DNA of 64,000 bases from an uncultured Nitrososphaerales archaeon (GTDB lineage Archaea > Thermoproteota > Nitrososphaeria > Nitrososphaerales > Nitrososphaeraceae). The stretch is from the NCBI GenBank assembly GCA_963841565.1, contig CAWJCY010000012.1:224001-288000 (forward strand), written 5' to 3'. A model generated the notes under the pieces. It searched no databases and was not told the origin of the DNA. It saw nothing but the letters and a program-made list of their open reading frames with translations. The translations under genes were made by a program, and so were the position numbers. Positions 53,064 through 64,000 of the stretch are shown here, in pieces; positions within the stretch are counted from its first letter, which is position 1, and every line of letters begins with the position of its first letter.

Positions 53064-53097
53064 ACTCCGCCTTATCCAATTTAGATAAAGGCGGAGT
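53064..53097. other. 13-bp hairpin between convergent cgi121 and prs
   Basis: ACTCCGCCTTATC-7nt-GATAAAGGCGGAGT with one bulge. Confidence 0.5.
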
Positions 53098-53301
53098 TTA
53101 CTGACAATAGTTATTAGCTAACTTAAGAACAGAACAGGACGATCAGGGAGTCCAATTTAGTCCGAGAATGGAGAAAAGGTGAACCAGCCCTACATATTAA
53201 ATGTGATCTCACGAGCAATAGCAGTTCTTAATTCATTCACTGAATCAGCCTGTGGACAATACATGTTTCACAATAATAAAATCAACAATCTCCATCTAAT
53301 A

Positions 53302-54307
53302 TCAAGTGATCATCTCTGATATTGCAGGAGCTATTACCGGACTAAGATCTATTGCTTCAACGAATGCACCCATAGCTTCCATCTTAGGAACAGAATTTGT
53401 TGTCACTATCTTATCCACTCCAGCAGCCTTAATTTGTTTAGTCGACTCCTCAGTCATTAACGCATGGGAGCACATGACTGTAATACCCCGACAACCACCT
53501 GATTTCAAAATTTCAGCAGCTTTGATTATTGTACTTCCGGGTACTGACAATATCATCAATTAACGCAATATCTAGCCCTCGAATTCGGTCTCCATTTAGT
53601 GCCGACAAGTGATCAACTTTTATCTCTCCAGTGCTCCGATCTCTTGTTTTCTTCATGCAGGTAATATTATTATTTAACAGAATGGCAAACGACTTTGCTC
53701 TGCTAAAACCTCCTTCATCAGGCGACACTGTGATAGAGTTTTTTATATTCATTCCGAGTTTTGACTTTGCATAATCTGCCAGTAATGGTATGGCAGACAC
53801 GTTTATTGAATTCATCCTCTCTTCGAAGTATGATAACGCTCGTAAACTATGAATGTCTACCGTTACCATATTGCGAGCTCCAAAGATCTCAAACATATTT
53901 GCCAACAATTCGGTAGTTACTACTTCTCCTTCAAGAAATGCACTATCCTGTCGTGCATAAGCCATATACGGTACTACAACAATGATATCCTTTGCAGAAT
54001 CATCCACACATTTCTTCAGCAGCATTAGAGTTTGCAGTATGTGTCTGTCGACTTGTGGAGGGAATGCAGACTGAACTATTATGCATGTTTTATTTTTTAA
54101 TTTCTCCTTAATTCGAATTTTGCTCTCCCCGTCAGAAAATACCCTCAATTCAGGACAAATCATGCTCAAACCCATTGCTTTAGAGATATTGGTAGCTAGA
54201 CCTACAGATGATGGCCCTGCTATTACCACCTTTGGCGACAGCACGGGGCCTTTACGCAACGAATTTGGATCGACATCTCTCTCTAAATCCATATCATTCT
54301 TCCCCAT
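53302..54307 (-). CDS. prs: Ribose-phosphate pyrophosphokinase (+1 frameshift near 53539)
   Basis: FSDGE, PYMAYARQD, VDIHS, SPDEGG, IDDIVSTGST restored, TTNSVP. Confidence 0.9.
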
Positions 54308-54832
54308 TCAGAAAGAGATTCCCTCTCGATCTTGCTTAAGGAGTTAATCCTCATTTGCTTAAACACCTCAACAAGATTAGCTTGTGTATTTGAATGTTGC
54401 AGTAAGTATTTAATTTTTATTTTCTGAATGTCGTCGATCTTTGTTCCACGTATTGTGTTGTCATTATTTAATTTCATAAACTAAATTAATTTGTTCTCAA
54501 TGCATTCAACGTACTACGATTCACTCAATATCCTTTTCCAACTTAGCGCATAGCTAGTAACTCCCATCCAAAATTGAAGACCTAGGAGTAACAGGCAATT
54601 AAAAGGATATTTCTCCACCACCGGTACTATTGTAAATTGACTGTGGGACTAATCTTCAAAGTTTTAATAAGGCCTGGAATTAGTTTTCGCGAGAAGCGAA
54701 GAGTATCCTCAAACGTCATTTTTCGATATTGTCCAGCTACTAAATGTGGCCACCAATATTAATGCGTAAAGTAGTCCTGGAGAGCTGATGAAAAATAATG
54801 TAACTGATGCTGCATTCTTTTCATGTAAATAC

Positions 54833-57053
54833 TTAACCTGTTCCTACGCTCTCAGTGGGGGCAGCCCCAACATTAGGCTGTCCAAATTGCTCAGAGATGC
54901 CTTTATACATGTTCAGTTCCTGGGTTGATAATGGCCTAATCTTCTTGACAGCCTCCTCAAAGTGCTTCATATGTATTTTAAGTTCCTTCACATGAGCATC
55001 AGCTTCTTTTGAATCCTTGTATTTTGATATATGTTCTCTTAGTGCTAACATGACTGCGGCAGAGGATAAGGACGAAATGTCAGCACCTGTATATCTATCC
55101 GTAATATCTGCCAACTTTTCAATATTAACATCCTCTGCTAGAGGTTTTTTCTTTGTATGAATCTTTATGATTTGAACCCTTGAATCTCGATCCGGTGAGG
55201 GTACGTATAGCAACCTATCAAACCTACCTGGTCTGAGTAAAGCGGTATCTATAATGTCAGGACGGTTTGTAGCAGCGATGACAATGACGTTAGTCAGTAC
55301 TTCAAGTCCATCTAATTCTGTCAGCAGTTGGCTTATCAACCTCTCAGTTACATGAGAGTCTCCAAAGTCGCCGCCTCTTCTTGGGGCAATGGCGTCTATT
55401 TCATCGAAAAAGATGATACATGGAGCAGCTTGCCTTGCTTTGCGGAACACCTCGCGAACTCCTTTCTCTGACTCGCCAACCCATTTTGAAATAAGCTCTG
55501 GACCCTTAATGCTTATGAAATTAGCTTCACTCTCATTGGCTGCTGCCTTTGCCATCAATGTCTTGCCTGTTCCAGGGGGACCGTAAAGCAAGATTCCCTT
55601 TGGAGGTGTGGCGTCAGCGTAGGAAAATATGCCCTGATACTTGAGGGGCCATTCGACGGCTTCTTGCAATTCCTGTTTAATCGATGCTAGTCCTCCAATG
55701 TCATCCCATTTCACATCAGGAACCTCTACGAATACTTCCCTCATCAGCTGATGGTTCCATTTCTGTGACAACGTCTAGAAAGTCCTGCATAGTAACAATG
55801 ATCTTCCTCAATGTTTCTGCCGGTATGTTTTCAGAAGTTAAATCAACTTCAGGCAGGACTCGCCTTAATGCTCCAAGCCCTGCTTCCCTTGTCAAGGCAT
55901 GCAGGTCAGCTCCCACGTATCCATGAGAAATATCTGCAAGCTTTTCCAAGTTTACATCTTTAGCAAGAGGCATCCCCCTTGTGTGTATCTGCAATATTTC
56001 TAATCTGCCCTTTCGATCTGGTACACCGATTTCTATTTCCCTATCAAATCTGCCCGGACGCCGTAGAGCCTCGTCAATAGCATTAACTCTGTTTGTTGCC
56101 CCTATGACTACCACTTTTCCCCTTGTAGACATACCGTCCATCAGAGAGAGTAGTTGAGCTACGATTCTCCTCTCGACTTCTCCTGTCACTTCTGCTCGTT
56201 TTGGAGCAATCGAATCTATTTCATCGATGAAAATAATTGAAGGTGCATTCTTTTCAGCCTGCTGGAACACATTTCGTAATCTCTCTTCTGACTCTCCATA
56301 ATACTTACTCATTATTTCTGGACCACCTATAGTGTAGAAATTGGCATTTGTTTCATTGGCGACTGCCTTGGCCAACAAGGTCTTTCCAGTTCCAGGTGGG
56401 CCATGAAGAAGAACGCCTTTGGGTGCTTCTACACCCAGTCTCTTGAATAATTCTGGATGCCTTAGGGGAAGCTCAATCATCTCCCTCACTCGGCCAACGG
56501 CGTTTCCCAACCCTCCTATGTCCTCGTATGTTATAGAAGGTGCTCCACCTTCCTTTGAGACTTGCACTGCCTTTGCACTCTCCTCAGAAACAGTAATCTT
56601 TGTAGATGGAGTAACTATCACTGGGCCTGAGGGATTTGTAGCAATCACCACTAGATCAATTCTTTGACCCATAACGTTCAAAGGTATCGTATCGCCCTTT
56701 GTCATCAACTGGCCATTAAGATACTCTGCAAGATATTCCTCTGCTCCTACAATTCTCAGTGGTTCTGTGGGGGCAAAGGTTATGCTCTTTGCTTCCTTAG
56801 ATTGAACTTTTTTAACTTCAATTTGATCGTTGATCCCAACGTCAAGTCTGTTTCGTGCGTAGCCATCAATACGAATTAAACCGTTGCCTCTATCGGTACT
56901 TCGTGCAGGCCAACTTAGCACAGTTGTTTTCTTTCCAAGTGATGATAATTCTAGCGCGTCTCCACTTGTGATGCCTAGACGTTCGGCTACTTTGGGATCC
57001 ACACGTGCAATCTTTCTTCCTACATCGCGTTGTTCTGCTTCTGCAACTTTCAA
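54833..57053 (-). CDS. cdc48: Cdc48/VAT AAA+ ATPase (+1 frameshift near 55746)
   Basis: N-domain, two GPPGTGKT/FxDEID/RPGRFDR modules; linker EPSAMREVFVE restored by one deletion; frame open about 100 bp further upstream. Confidence 0.93.
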
Positions 57054-57490
57054 GGTTGCCCCCCTGGGGTCCTTCCTAGAAGCATTATTGGATTCATTTA
57101 TATCGTTCTGGACTGGGCCCTTCCCATCAAAGTTGTCATCTTTACTATTATTATTTGAAATATGCTTTCACCGACTAAGTTCTAATTGATTTAGCACTTA
57201 AGTATTTTCCCCGAGAGTATTCGAGAAATGTGATGCAGCATGCAATCCTTCCAGAGCTTTAAAATCAGGCATTACACATGGTTGAGATGCTCTTACATAA
57301 TCTTGACCTAGCATCTTTGACTATCCTAGAATATTCCTATTCATAATATGGCGCTTTCTAAGCCGTTTCAACCTCTAAACACCAACTCCTAAACATAAAA
57401 TCAATGAAACTAAATTAGTGACCTAGAATAGAACGCTAGAACCTATAGTTGTAAGTTTATAGTGAGATCGAGTACTAAATATTTGGTAAT

Positions 57491-57919
57491 TTGAAGATGA
57501 ATAACTTTAGTAACCGCCATAAAGTGAAAGTGACTCAAAAAGAGCGTAAATTTCTGTTGGAAAACGAAGTGTGTAGGATAGCTACTTCCCATGATGACGT
57601 ACCGCATGTTGTACCTGTTGCATATATCTATGACAAAGATGCTATTACTTTTGTAACGGATTATGGAACAAGAAAATATAAGAATTTGGAAGTCAACAAG
57701 AATGTCTCGGTAGTTGTTGATGTCTACGATCATTCTGGAGAGAACAAGGCTATAATACTACAAGGCAAAGCTGTTATTATCGAAAGAGGAGCGGAATTTA
57801 AGAGGCTGTATCAAATATTTAATAAGAGGTTTGAATGGGTAAGAAAAAATCCATGGAAAGAAGGAGAAGCCCCCTTTGTAAGAGTAGATGCTTTCAATAA
57901 AGTAAGATGGGGGTTGTAG
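57491..57919 (+). CDS. Pyridoxamine 5'-phosphate oxidase-like split-barrel protein
   Basis: RIAT...PHVVPV, RKYKNL..N..VSVVVD. Confidence 0.88.
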   Translation: MKMNNFSNRHKVKVTQKERKFLLENEVCRIATSHDDVPHVVPVAYIYDKDAITFVTDYGTRKYKNLEVNKNVSVVVDVYDHSGENKAIILQGKAVIIERGAEFKRLYQIFNKRFEWVRKNPWKEGEAPFVRVDAFNKVRWGL

Positions 57920-58218
57920 GAATGAATTTGGCGAAATCAGAATAATCACATTTTTAATACTATATCTCGTAACACGTTTTCTTGTCTTTGCACAGTTGAA
58001 GTCTTAATCTTGGGATCATCGGAATAAAGATCTAGTTGAGGACACTGACGCGTGCAATTGTGTTAGATTGGCTTTGGAGGAATGGAACAAGGATGACATA
58101 ACGCGATCTAAGCATTCTAATTGAGAGAAACTCTTAGGATTTTACAGTATTAAACATCTACCCTTTACGTGTCCTATAATTAAAAATATTTAAGGATGAT
58201 ACTCGAACCAACTTACTA

Positions 58219-58644
58219 ATGGCAACCCTAAAGCTAAGCAAGGAATTAGCTGTACCTCTTGATAAAGTGTGGGACATTGTAGGAGACATAGATAGAGAAC
58301 CTGAATTCTGGCACGGGACCAAGTCCATTAGAAATATTAGCAAAAAGGGAAATACTGTCGAAAGGGACGTTGTAATCGCATTTAAGAATTCTATGTGTCG
58401 AGAGATTGTACAATTAGATCCTAAAAAGAGGATTAATACAGAAATACTTAGTGGTCCTATCAAAGGAACCAAGACCTTAACACTCACATCTATCGATAGC
58501 AATGCTACCTCAATAACAGTCAATTGGGATTTTGAGCTATCTGGTTTCTACAAATTATTTTCTGGTATGGTTAGAAAGCATATTCATAAAGGGACTGAGG
58601 AAGCATTAGAGAGAATATCAAAAAAATTAACTCAGACTCAGTAG
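58219..58644 (+). CDS. SRPBCC (START-like) protein
   Basis: VPLDKVWDIV.D....PEFW, GPIKG. Confidence 0.85.
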   Translation: MATLKLSKELAVPLDKVWDIVGDIDREPEFWHGTKSIRNISKKGNTVERDVVIAFKNSMCREIVQLDPKKRINTEILSGPIKGTKTLTLTSIDSNATSITVNWDFELSGFYKLFSGMVRKHIHKGTEEALERISKKLTQTQ

Positions 58645-60097
58645 AGTCTGCGACTCCAACTCACTGAGCGAGAACCATATTAATAGATGTGAAACGAGCA
58701 CAAATATTGATTAGTAGTAGCTATTTGAGATCTGCTTAAGAAATATCCTATATTTCAACGGATACGAATATTTCTACATGTGATTTGATTCCATAGAAGG
58801 ATTCCATACAGGAAACTTCATGGTAGCTAAAGATAAAATTAGTATCACTACATAGTCCTTCTTAAAAGGGATGGTAATGGAAAATTCCAAAGCAGGGTAA
58901 ACAAGTGTTGATGTTATTTTTTTATACTATAAACTACAAAATTAGTTTCGAATCTATTTCTACGAAACTTTTTTTCATTCCTACCCCTTTTGGTATTAAT
59001 AGTTCGAACCGGTATCTGCCTTGAGGAGCTTTCTATACGTTCAATCATGCAATGGCAAGAATAACAAAAATCGCATCTTACACATATCGTTGATTTCCGA
59101 GAGCGAGCAATGAACGCAGTTCTTGTAAGTTAATGAATTGGCAGGTTCAGCCAGATATTCATGCATCTATAATTTCTTCCAAAGGTATAGATACAAATAC
59201 CAGTAATTATAATTTCGGTCACCTAAAGTAGAGGGAGGGTGTATCTCTTTTTTTCTCCGTAAGCGAATTATTTCTTGAGTATGATAGAATTCGGGGGTGA
59301 AATCAACGAAATCTTTCCACGTCATCTTTCCACTAGCCAATGATGATCCGGTCATAGAGACGTGAACAAGCGAACAATTATCTCCTTGTCCCTGTTTTTC
59401 TGTGTAGAAAATTACCTTCGCTCATTGACGTGTTGAAAACTTCCAAAGGGTCCCACTATTCTGCTACTAAACGGGTTCAACGATAAGCGAATTTTCTTTT
59501 AGCGTTAATATAGGCCAGAATACTGACGCACATGTGTGATGAATGCCAGAGGGGCTTGCTACATTTGGAGGATTATGACCCTCCGATGCTGTTGTTGGGG
59601 GGCATAATGCACTTTTCTATGTCAGTGCTCATTTTTACATAAAAGTCACTCTGTCAACAAATTTGGCAGTTATCTTGAATCATTCGACAAAGTTAAGGTC
59701 ACGTTATTGAAACGTGACCGTCATAACTCTGCCGGGGTTTGGAGTTATTTCAGTCGGTAAATTAGGCTCGTGATCCCTCTTTAAGAGGATTTGTGACTTT
59801 CGATTCCCAAATTATGATATTAATCTTTTTCTATTCTTGGGTGTTACATTCAACTGAATTCCATGAATCAATTATCCTTCTTCCTACCTCCTTAACCTGC
59901 TCAATCCTAAGTATTTTGAACCAAAGTGCATTATCCTACCTTGCTTAATGAGGAAAATATGGTATAACAATGAGGGCCGGGCCGAGCTTTCCAAAATTAA
60001 TCTCGCAGGCGCTAGCAGGAGCTCTTGTTTAATTAAATTTGTCTACTAAGCAGATCAAACAGCTAATCACTTAAATTCTTGAAAATACTAAAGCTCA

Positions 60098-60226
60098 TTA
60101 CCATTTACCTACGTCACCTTCTAACAATCCTGAACCAGTATGTATTCTATCAATGTGCTTGGACAAGTCTTGCTTGCTTTCGAATTTGGATTGACAGTAC
60201 GGGCACGAAAATTCTTCTTTTCCCAT
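60098..60226 (-). CDS. 42-aa single C2H2 zinc-finger microprotein (not in ORF track)
   Basis: MGKEEFSCPYCQSKFESKQDLSKHIDRIHTGSGLLEGDVGKW; alternative in-frame ATG at 60235. Confidence 0.8.
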   Translation of the reverse strand: MGKEEFSCPYCQSKFESKQDLSKHIDRIHTGSGLLEGDVGKW

Positions 60227-60351
60227 TTCAATCATATACTCTCAATATACCCACTTAAGCCTATGCTTTACCTTCCATTAAGTAAAATGGAAACCCGGTT
60301 CAGGAAGAAAAAAACAGCATAAGTACCACTGTTTAGAAATAATACAGCCTT

Positions 60352-60564
60352 ATGAGTAGAGTTAATCAATCAAGGACTAGATCATTGTCAATGTATATGA
60401 ATCCATTTGAAATTGTTGGTTATGTTGCATTAGGTTTCGTACCTACGTTAGTGGCAATGAAGATAGGATGGGATTTAGCAAGAAAGAAGATACTGTTTTC
60501 ATATCTCAAGGGGGATGAGTCATACGCGACCGCTGAACCAACTGCATTAACTGCAAGAAACTGA
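60352..60564 (+). CDS. Small single-TM protein
   Basis: IVGYVALGFVPTLVAM hydrophobic helix; start probably at MYMNP. Confidence 0.55.
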   Translation: MSRVNQSRTRSLSMYMNPFEIVGYVALGFVPTLVAMKIGWDLARKKILFSYLKGDESYATAEPTALTARN

Positions 60565-60705
60565 ACTCGGACCACAAAATTTCTATAATTAACTTATCAA
60601 TTCAGTCCTGAGGCTTATTTCTGATCCTGTGGCGCATCATGAAATTAAGAGAATATGATTTGGCTAAGTTGGCAGCTGCCATACTAAAATACTACTTATT
60701 CAATA

Positions 60706-61449
60706 TCAAATGACTTGTGGGGTAGGTCTTATCAAAATCTCGTTAACATTAACATGTGAGGGAGCCTGTACTGCGTACAGTATTGCGTCTGCAATATCAT
60801 GTGCCTGTAATGATTCCATTTTTTTTGATGCCTCAATAAAGCGTGTCATAGACTCGTCAGTTATTGTTTCTAGCAGTTCAGTTGATACTGCTCCAGGCTC
60901 AATACAGGTTACCCTTATCTTTGACCTTGGACTGAATTCAATTCTGAGTCCTTCGCTGAAAGCAGTTATTGCATGTTTGGTCGCACAATAGACAGTCCCG
61001 CCTGCAAAGACTAGTCTTCCAGCTACGGAAGACATGTTTACAATGTGTCCTGATTCCTTCTGTAGCATATGCGGTATTACAGCCGACGTACAGTAAAGGA
61101 CGCCCTTAAGATTAACATCGATCATTTGTTCCCATTCATCAAACTTGTTATTTTTGAAAAAACTTAATGGCATCAAGCCAGCATTATTTACTAATATATC
61201 AACAGTACCCCATTTCTTGACAGCAGCGTCAACGAAGGAGTTGCAATTTGCTCTGTTGGTAACGTCAAGAGCGTGAACAAGAATTTCAGCTCCACGGGAT
61301 TCGCTAATTTCTTTCTCTAGACCCTTCAACCTTTCCACCCTCCTCGCACCGACTGCGACATGTGCACCGGCCTTTGATAACCCGATTGCTGTAGCATAGC
61401 CTATCCCACTGCTCGCTCCAGTAACCAAAGCTACTTTATTTTTCAACAT
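60706..61449 (-). CDS. Short-chain dehydrogenase/reductase
   Basis: TGASSGIG, NNAG, YCATK, IEPG. Confidence 0.95.
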   Translation of the reverse strand: MLKNKVALVTGASSGIGYATAIGLSKAGAHVAVGARRVERLKGLEKEISESRGAEILVHALDVTNRANCNSFVDAAVKKWGTVDILVNNAGLMPLSFFKNNKFDEWEQMIDVNLKGVLYCTSAVIPHMLQKESGHIVNMSSVAGRLVFAGGTVYCATKHAITAFSEGLRIEFSPRSKIRVTCIEPGAVSTELLETITDESMTRFIEASKKMESLQAHDIADAILYAVQAPSHVNVNEILIRPTPQVI

Positions 61450-61868
61450 TTAGTTGGCACTTTGTAGTTTTAAATGCTGGGATACATCTAAATAAATATT
61501 GGTTTATCAATATGGACATCTAATCAGAACTTCACTAGAAAATAAGGACTTCGGATACTTGAGTATTGATTTATCGTAAATAGGGAGATAAATAAGTTAT
61601 GTAATTATAATCCATCCATCCGAATACTGATTCATGAAGTGCCTTGCTATATTTACGCCACTAGAATAGTCGTCAGATGAGCATTGATTTCATAAAATGG
61701 ACCCAGAGGGATTCGTATGAAAATTCATTCGTATCCTTTACGCCGGGTATTCGTGGATTTCTTATACAGCGATTCACGGTTGCTAGCGATATCTCTACCA
61801 TAATCTACTGATTCTGCATTCAAAGTTTCCTAATCGATGTTGTCGTTACTGGCAAGTAGGCATTCAGA

Positions 61869-62363
61869 TTACTCCATTAATCTTGAAATTGCAGCTGCTT
61901 CTGCAATAGTTGAAACTTTCGGAATTATCTTTTCAATTCCCTGCCAAATGCTCCTAAGCCGATGAAGGTCGGGATTTTGAGTACTCAATTCACTTTCAAA
62001 ATTTTCGTAAAGTATCACAGCTGAAGCATCATTTGATTCCTGAATAAGCCCTTTCAGAATTCTTAGTGCCTCCCTAACCTCATCATCTTTCCTGTTTTGA
62101 GTTAGGCGATTAAAAGAATTCTGAACTGAGCTTCTGTTTATGATACTTGAATTATCTACCTTTTCGAAGAAATCGCCATGAACGTTGTTTCGCCGTATGA
62201 AATCCCCCTTAATATTATAAATGATATTAGGTGGAAAATGGTTTGTTGATTTGTGAGGTTGACTGTGAGCTTCTTCTAGTTCTTTTAATCCTTTGTGTGT
62301 TAAAGATACTTCCAAGTACTCTATCAGGAATATCTTCACCATTTTCGTCCTTAAACAGCTCAC
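61869..62363 (-). CDS. Hypothetical protein, probably 5'-truncated
   Basis: THKGLKELEE...FPPN segment then helical C-terminus; no clear start. Confidence 0.45.
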   Translation of the reverse strand: MSCLRTKMVKIFLIEYLEVSLTHKGLKELEEAHSQPHKSTNHFPPNIIYNIKGDFIRRNNVHGDFFEKVDNSSIINRSSVQNSFNRLTQNRKDDEVREALRILKGLIQESNDASAVILYENFESELSTQNPDLHRLRSIWQGIEKIIPKVSTIAEAAAISRLME

Positions 62364-62470
62364 TAAGGAACGGTTTAAGTATAGTCACTGTTGGCTTCAT
62401 CCACCAGCTCACTTTAGTGACTTCGATGAGGCCTTCGTGCGACTGATAATTAGTAATCCGTGTCAACAGT

Positions 62471-62755
62471 TTGTATCTCAAAATAGGCGATAAAGAATAC
62501 AGCTACCAAGATCTCCTCAAGTATCGTATTCAGCCTACTGATCCATTTGAAGTCATCTTTCCTGATAACGGTATTGCCGGTGTTGTAAAGGGAGGTCAAT
62601 CAAAGTCTGTGGCAGATGGCTTCTACATACTAACAGAGCCTTTGGCAAAAGGGACATATCCAATTCATTATAAATCAAGCTTGATTTGTCTTGATCCAGG
62701 GTGTGCTGAACCTAATTTCGCCCAGGACATTAAATATAATATAGTTGCAAAATAA
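62471..62755 (+). pseudogene. C-terminal fragment of an exported protein
   Basis: SVADGFYILTEPL..G.Y.IH...FAQDIKY; no signal peptide or N-terminal half. Confidence 0.45.
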
Positions 62756-62902
62756 AGCCCTTCGTCCTTTGGAATCTAATCGCCGCTAAGAAAGTTTAAT
62801 TTTCTTTGAACCTGAGATATGTAATGCTTGCTTAGGATTTCAGTGCTATGTCCTACATTTCCTTCCTTTTCACTTCACTGCGAACGAAATAGGTAGATAG
62901 AT

Positions 62903-63460
62903 ATGAGGTCACCTAACTATGAAAATAATAAAATTCTTATCTTGCATTGGATACACTTGAATATAGAGAGAAGGAATGTGAACAAAGCTCCCAACGACAA
63001 TCCAGAGCCAGAGAAGGGAACTGCCCATATTGGAAAGTTAAAACCAGACCATACAAAATTATCTTCTTCACTAGTATCTTCTGAGCCCCCGCTGCACAAG
63101 AGAATTCTAGTGGTTGACGATAGCCCAGATATTTTGTTTACCTTACGTGTTGGTCTAGAAAGTGATCCAACTATGCAAGTCTATGGTTATGATAATCCAG
63201 TAACTGCATTAGTAGAATTTACACCTAATTTTTACGATTTATTACTAATTGACGTTAACATGCCTTTAATGGACGGTTTTCAATTAGCCCAGAATCTAGT
63301 ACGGAGGGACCTCAATGTCAGGGTTTGTTTTATAACCGCTGGAGAAATAAATATGGACGCAGCAAGAGAAGTGCATCCACTTAAAAGTATAGGCTGTTTC
63401 ATCAAGAAGCCAATAGCTACAGAACAGCTGTTAAGGCGTATTAGAGCAGAGTTAGAATAG
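62903..63460 (+). CDS. Stand-alone response regulator receiver
   Basis: ILVVDD, LLLIDVNMP.MDG, FITA, FIKKP; true start likely downstream. Confidence 0.9.
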   Translation: MRSPNYENNKILILHWIHLNIERRNVNKAPNDNPEPEKGTAHIGKLKPDHTKLSSSLVSSEPPLHKRILVVDDSPDILFTLRVGLESDPTMQVYGYDNPVTALVEFTPNFYDLLLIDVNMPLMDGFQLAQNLVRRDLNVRVCFITAGEINMDAAREVHPLKSIGCFIKKPIATEQLLRRIRAELE

Positions 63461-64000
63461 TTACAAGCTAAGCTACAATAAAAATAAATGAATTAATATT
63501 TTAATCCCAAATAAATCACATATTTCTTGTATAGCGCTTCTGGCTACTTTATCTGCTCTTTTGACTGTTTATTACCCCGCTTTGCCAACTCTAAATTAGC
63601 GCCGTTAACTTCGATCCCTTATTCTGTAACACTAATGATAACTGTAGGAATGCGTCAAGTATATCGTTCCAATTTGTCTTTTCTTTATCGTACCGGACCT
63701 CAGTAGGAGAGCTTGTTGCTGTTCTTAATGCGGTTACTAATTTAGTAAAGCTTGGGTCTATCCTAACTATGTTCTTGCTAAGGGCTGTGTAAGCTTTCTC
63801 AAGCATAGGTTTACGGTGCCGCTGCCAGTTGATTGCTACCACTAAGGGTAATTGTGTATGAATGAATCTATCCTGTATCTTTGGCTTTAGATCGTGTAGT
63901 TAGGATATGATTCTCTATAGCGTTCTTTTAACCCTCTTATGAATCCAGGTTGTGAAGTTATTGTGATGATGGATTGCTTTGGAGTCATATGTCACCTGAA

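Noticed and set aside
49621-57053. Programmed frameshifting or mass pseudogenisation of NUDIX, cgi121, prs and cdc48
   Set aside because: No slippery heptamers seen at the sites, each gene has one +1 indel with otherwise intact motifs, and several are housekeeping genes; sequencing error is more parsimonious
58650-60090. ~1.4 kb ORF-poor stretch including ORF 59167..59355
   Set aside because: Only weak 5-bp stems and no recognisable motif; cannot support a feature
1328-63099. Many short antisense or overlapping ORFs in the track (e.g. 6486, 8027, 16390, 22436, 45101, 51777, 57443, 60140)
   Set aside because: Shadows of well-supported genes on the opposite strand or frame
63591-63842. 83-aa minus-strand ORF
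   Set aside because: Upstream frame is interrupted by stops and no family is recognised; probably a fragment
1-64000. CRISPR array, cas genes, rRNA, intact transposase, amo genes
   Set aside because: None seen: no regularly spaced repeats or recognisable motifs by eye

Overview
Archaeal DNA, most likely a soil ammonia-oxidising thaumarchaeon (Nitrososphaeraceae-like). This is inferred from an AOA-type haem-copper oxidase cluster with plastocyanin-like partners, npdG, rpS17e, Cgi121, Cdc48, an intron-containing tRNA and Nitrososphaera-type small protein families. About 1-23 kb and 42.4-58.6 kb are core-like: complex IV cluster, PspA/PspAA/PspAB/HtpX module, subtilisin, rhodaneses, Hsp20, UbiB-type kinase, prs and cdc48. 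About 23.3-42.3 kb is an accessory region 3' of a minus-strand tRNA-Pro(GGG) with a non-canonical 29/30 BHB intron. It includes a decayed ~3.3 kb att-flanked element with an integrase relic and an intact SQR-like flavoprotein. Highlights: (i) an LbpA/GcvH-like-TusA fusion whose lipoyl Lys is Arg, next to a rhodanese; (ii) about nine +1 frameshifts, eight of them at GCWGC or AGCT, probably base-calling errors that reveal DNA-modification motifs; (iii) a near-identical blue-copper domain shared by CoxB and its neighbour; (iv) a possible His1 copper protein upstream of cox. The supplied ORF track has the 4941..5891 gene on the wrong strand (it is minus). All family calls come from motif recognition by eye; no searches were run.
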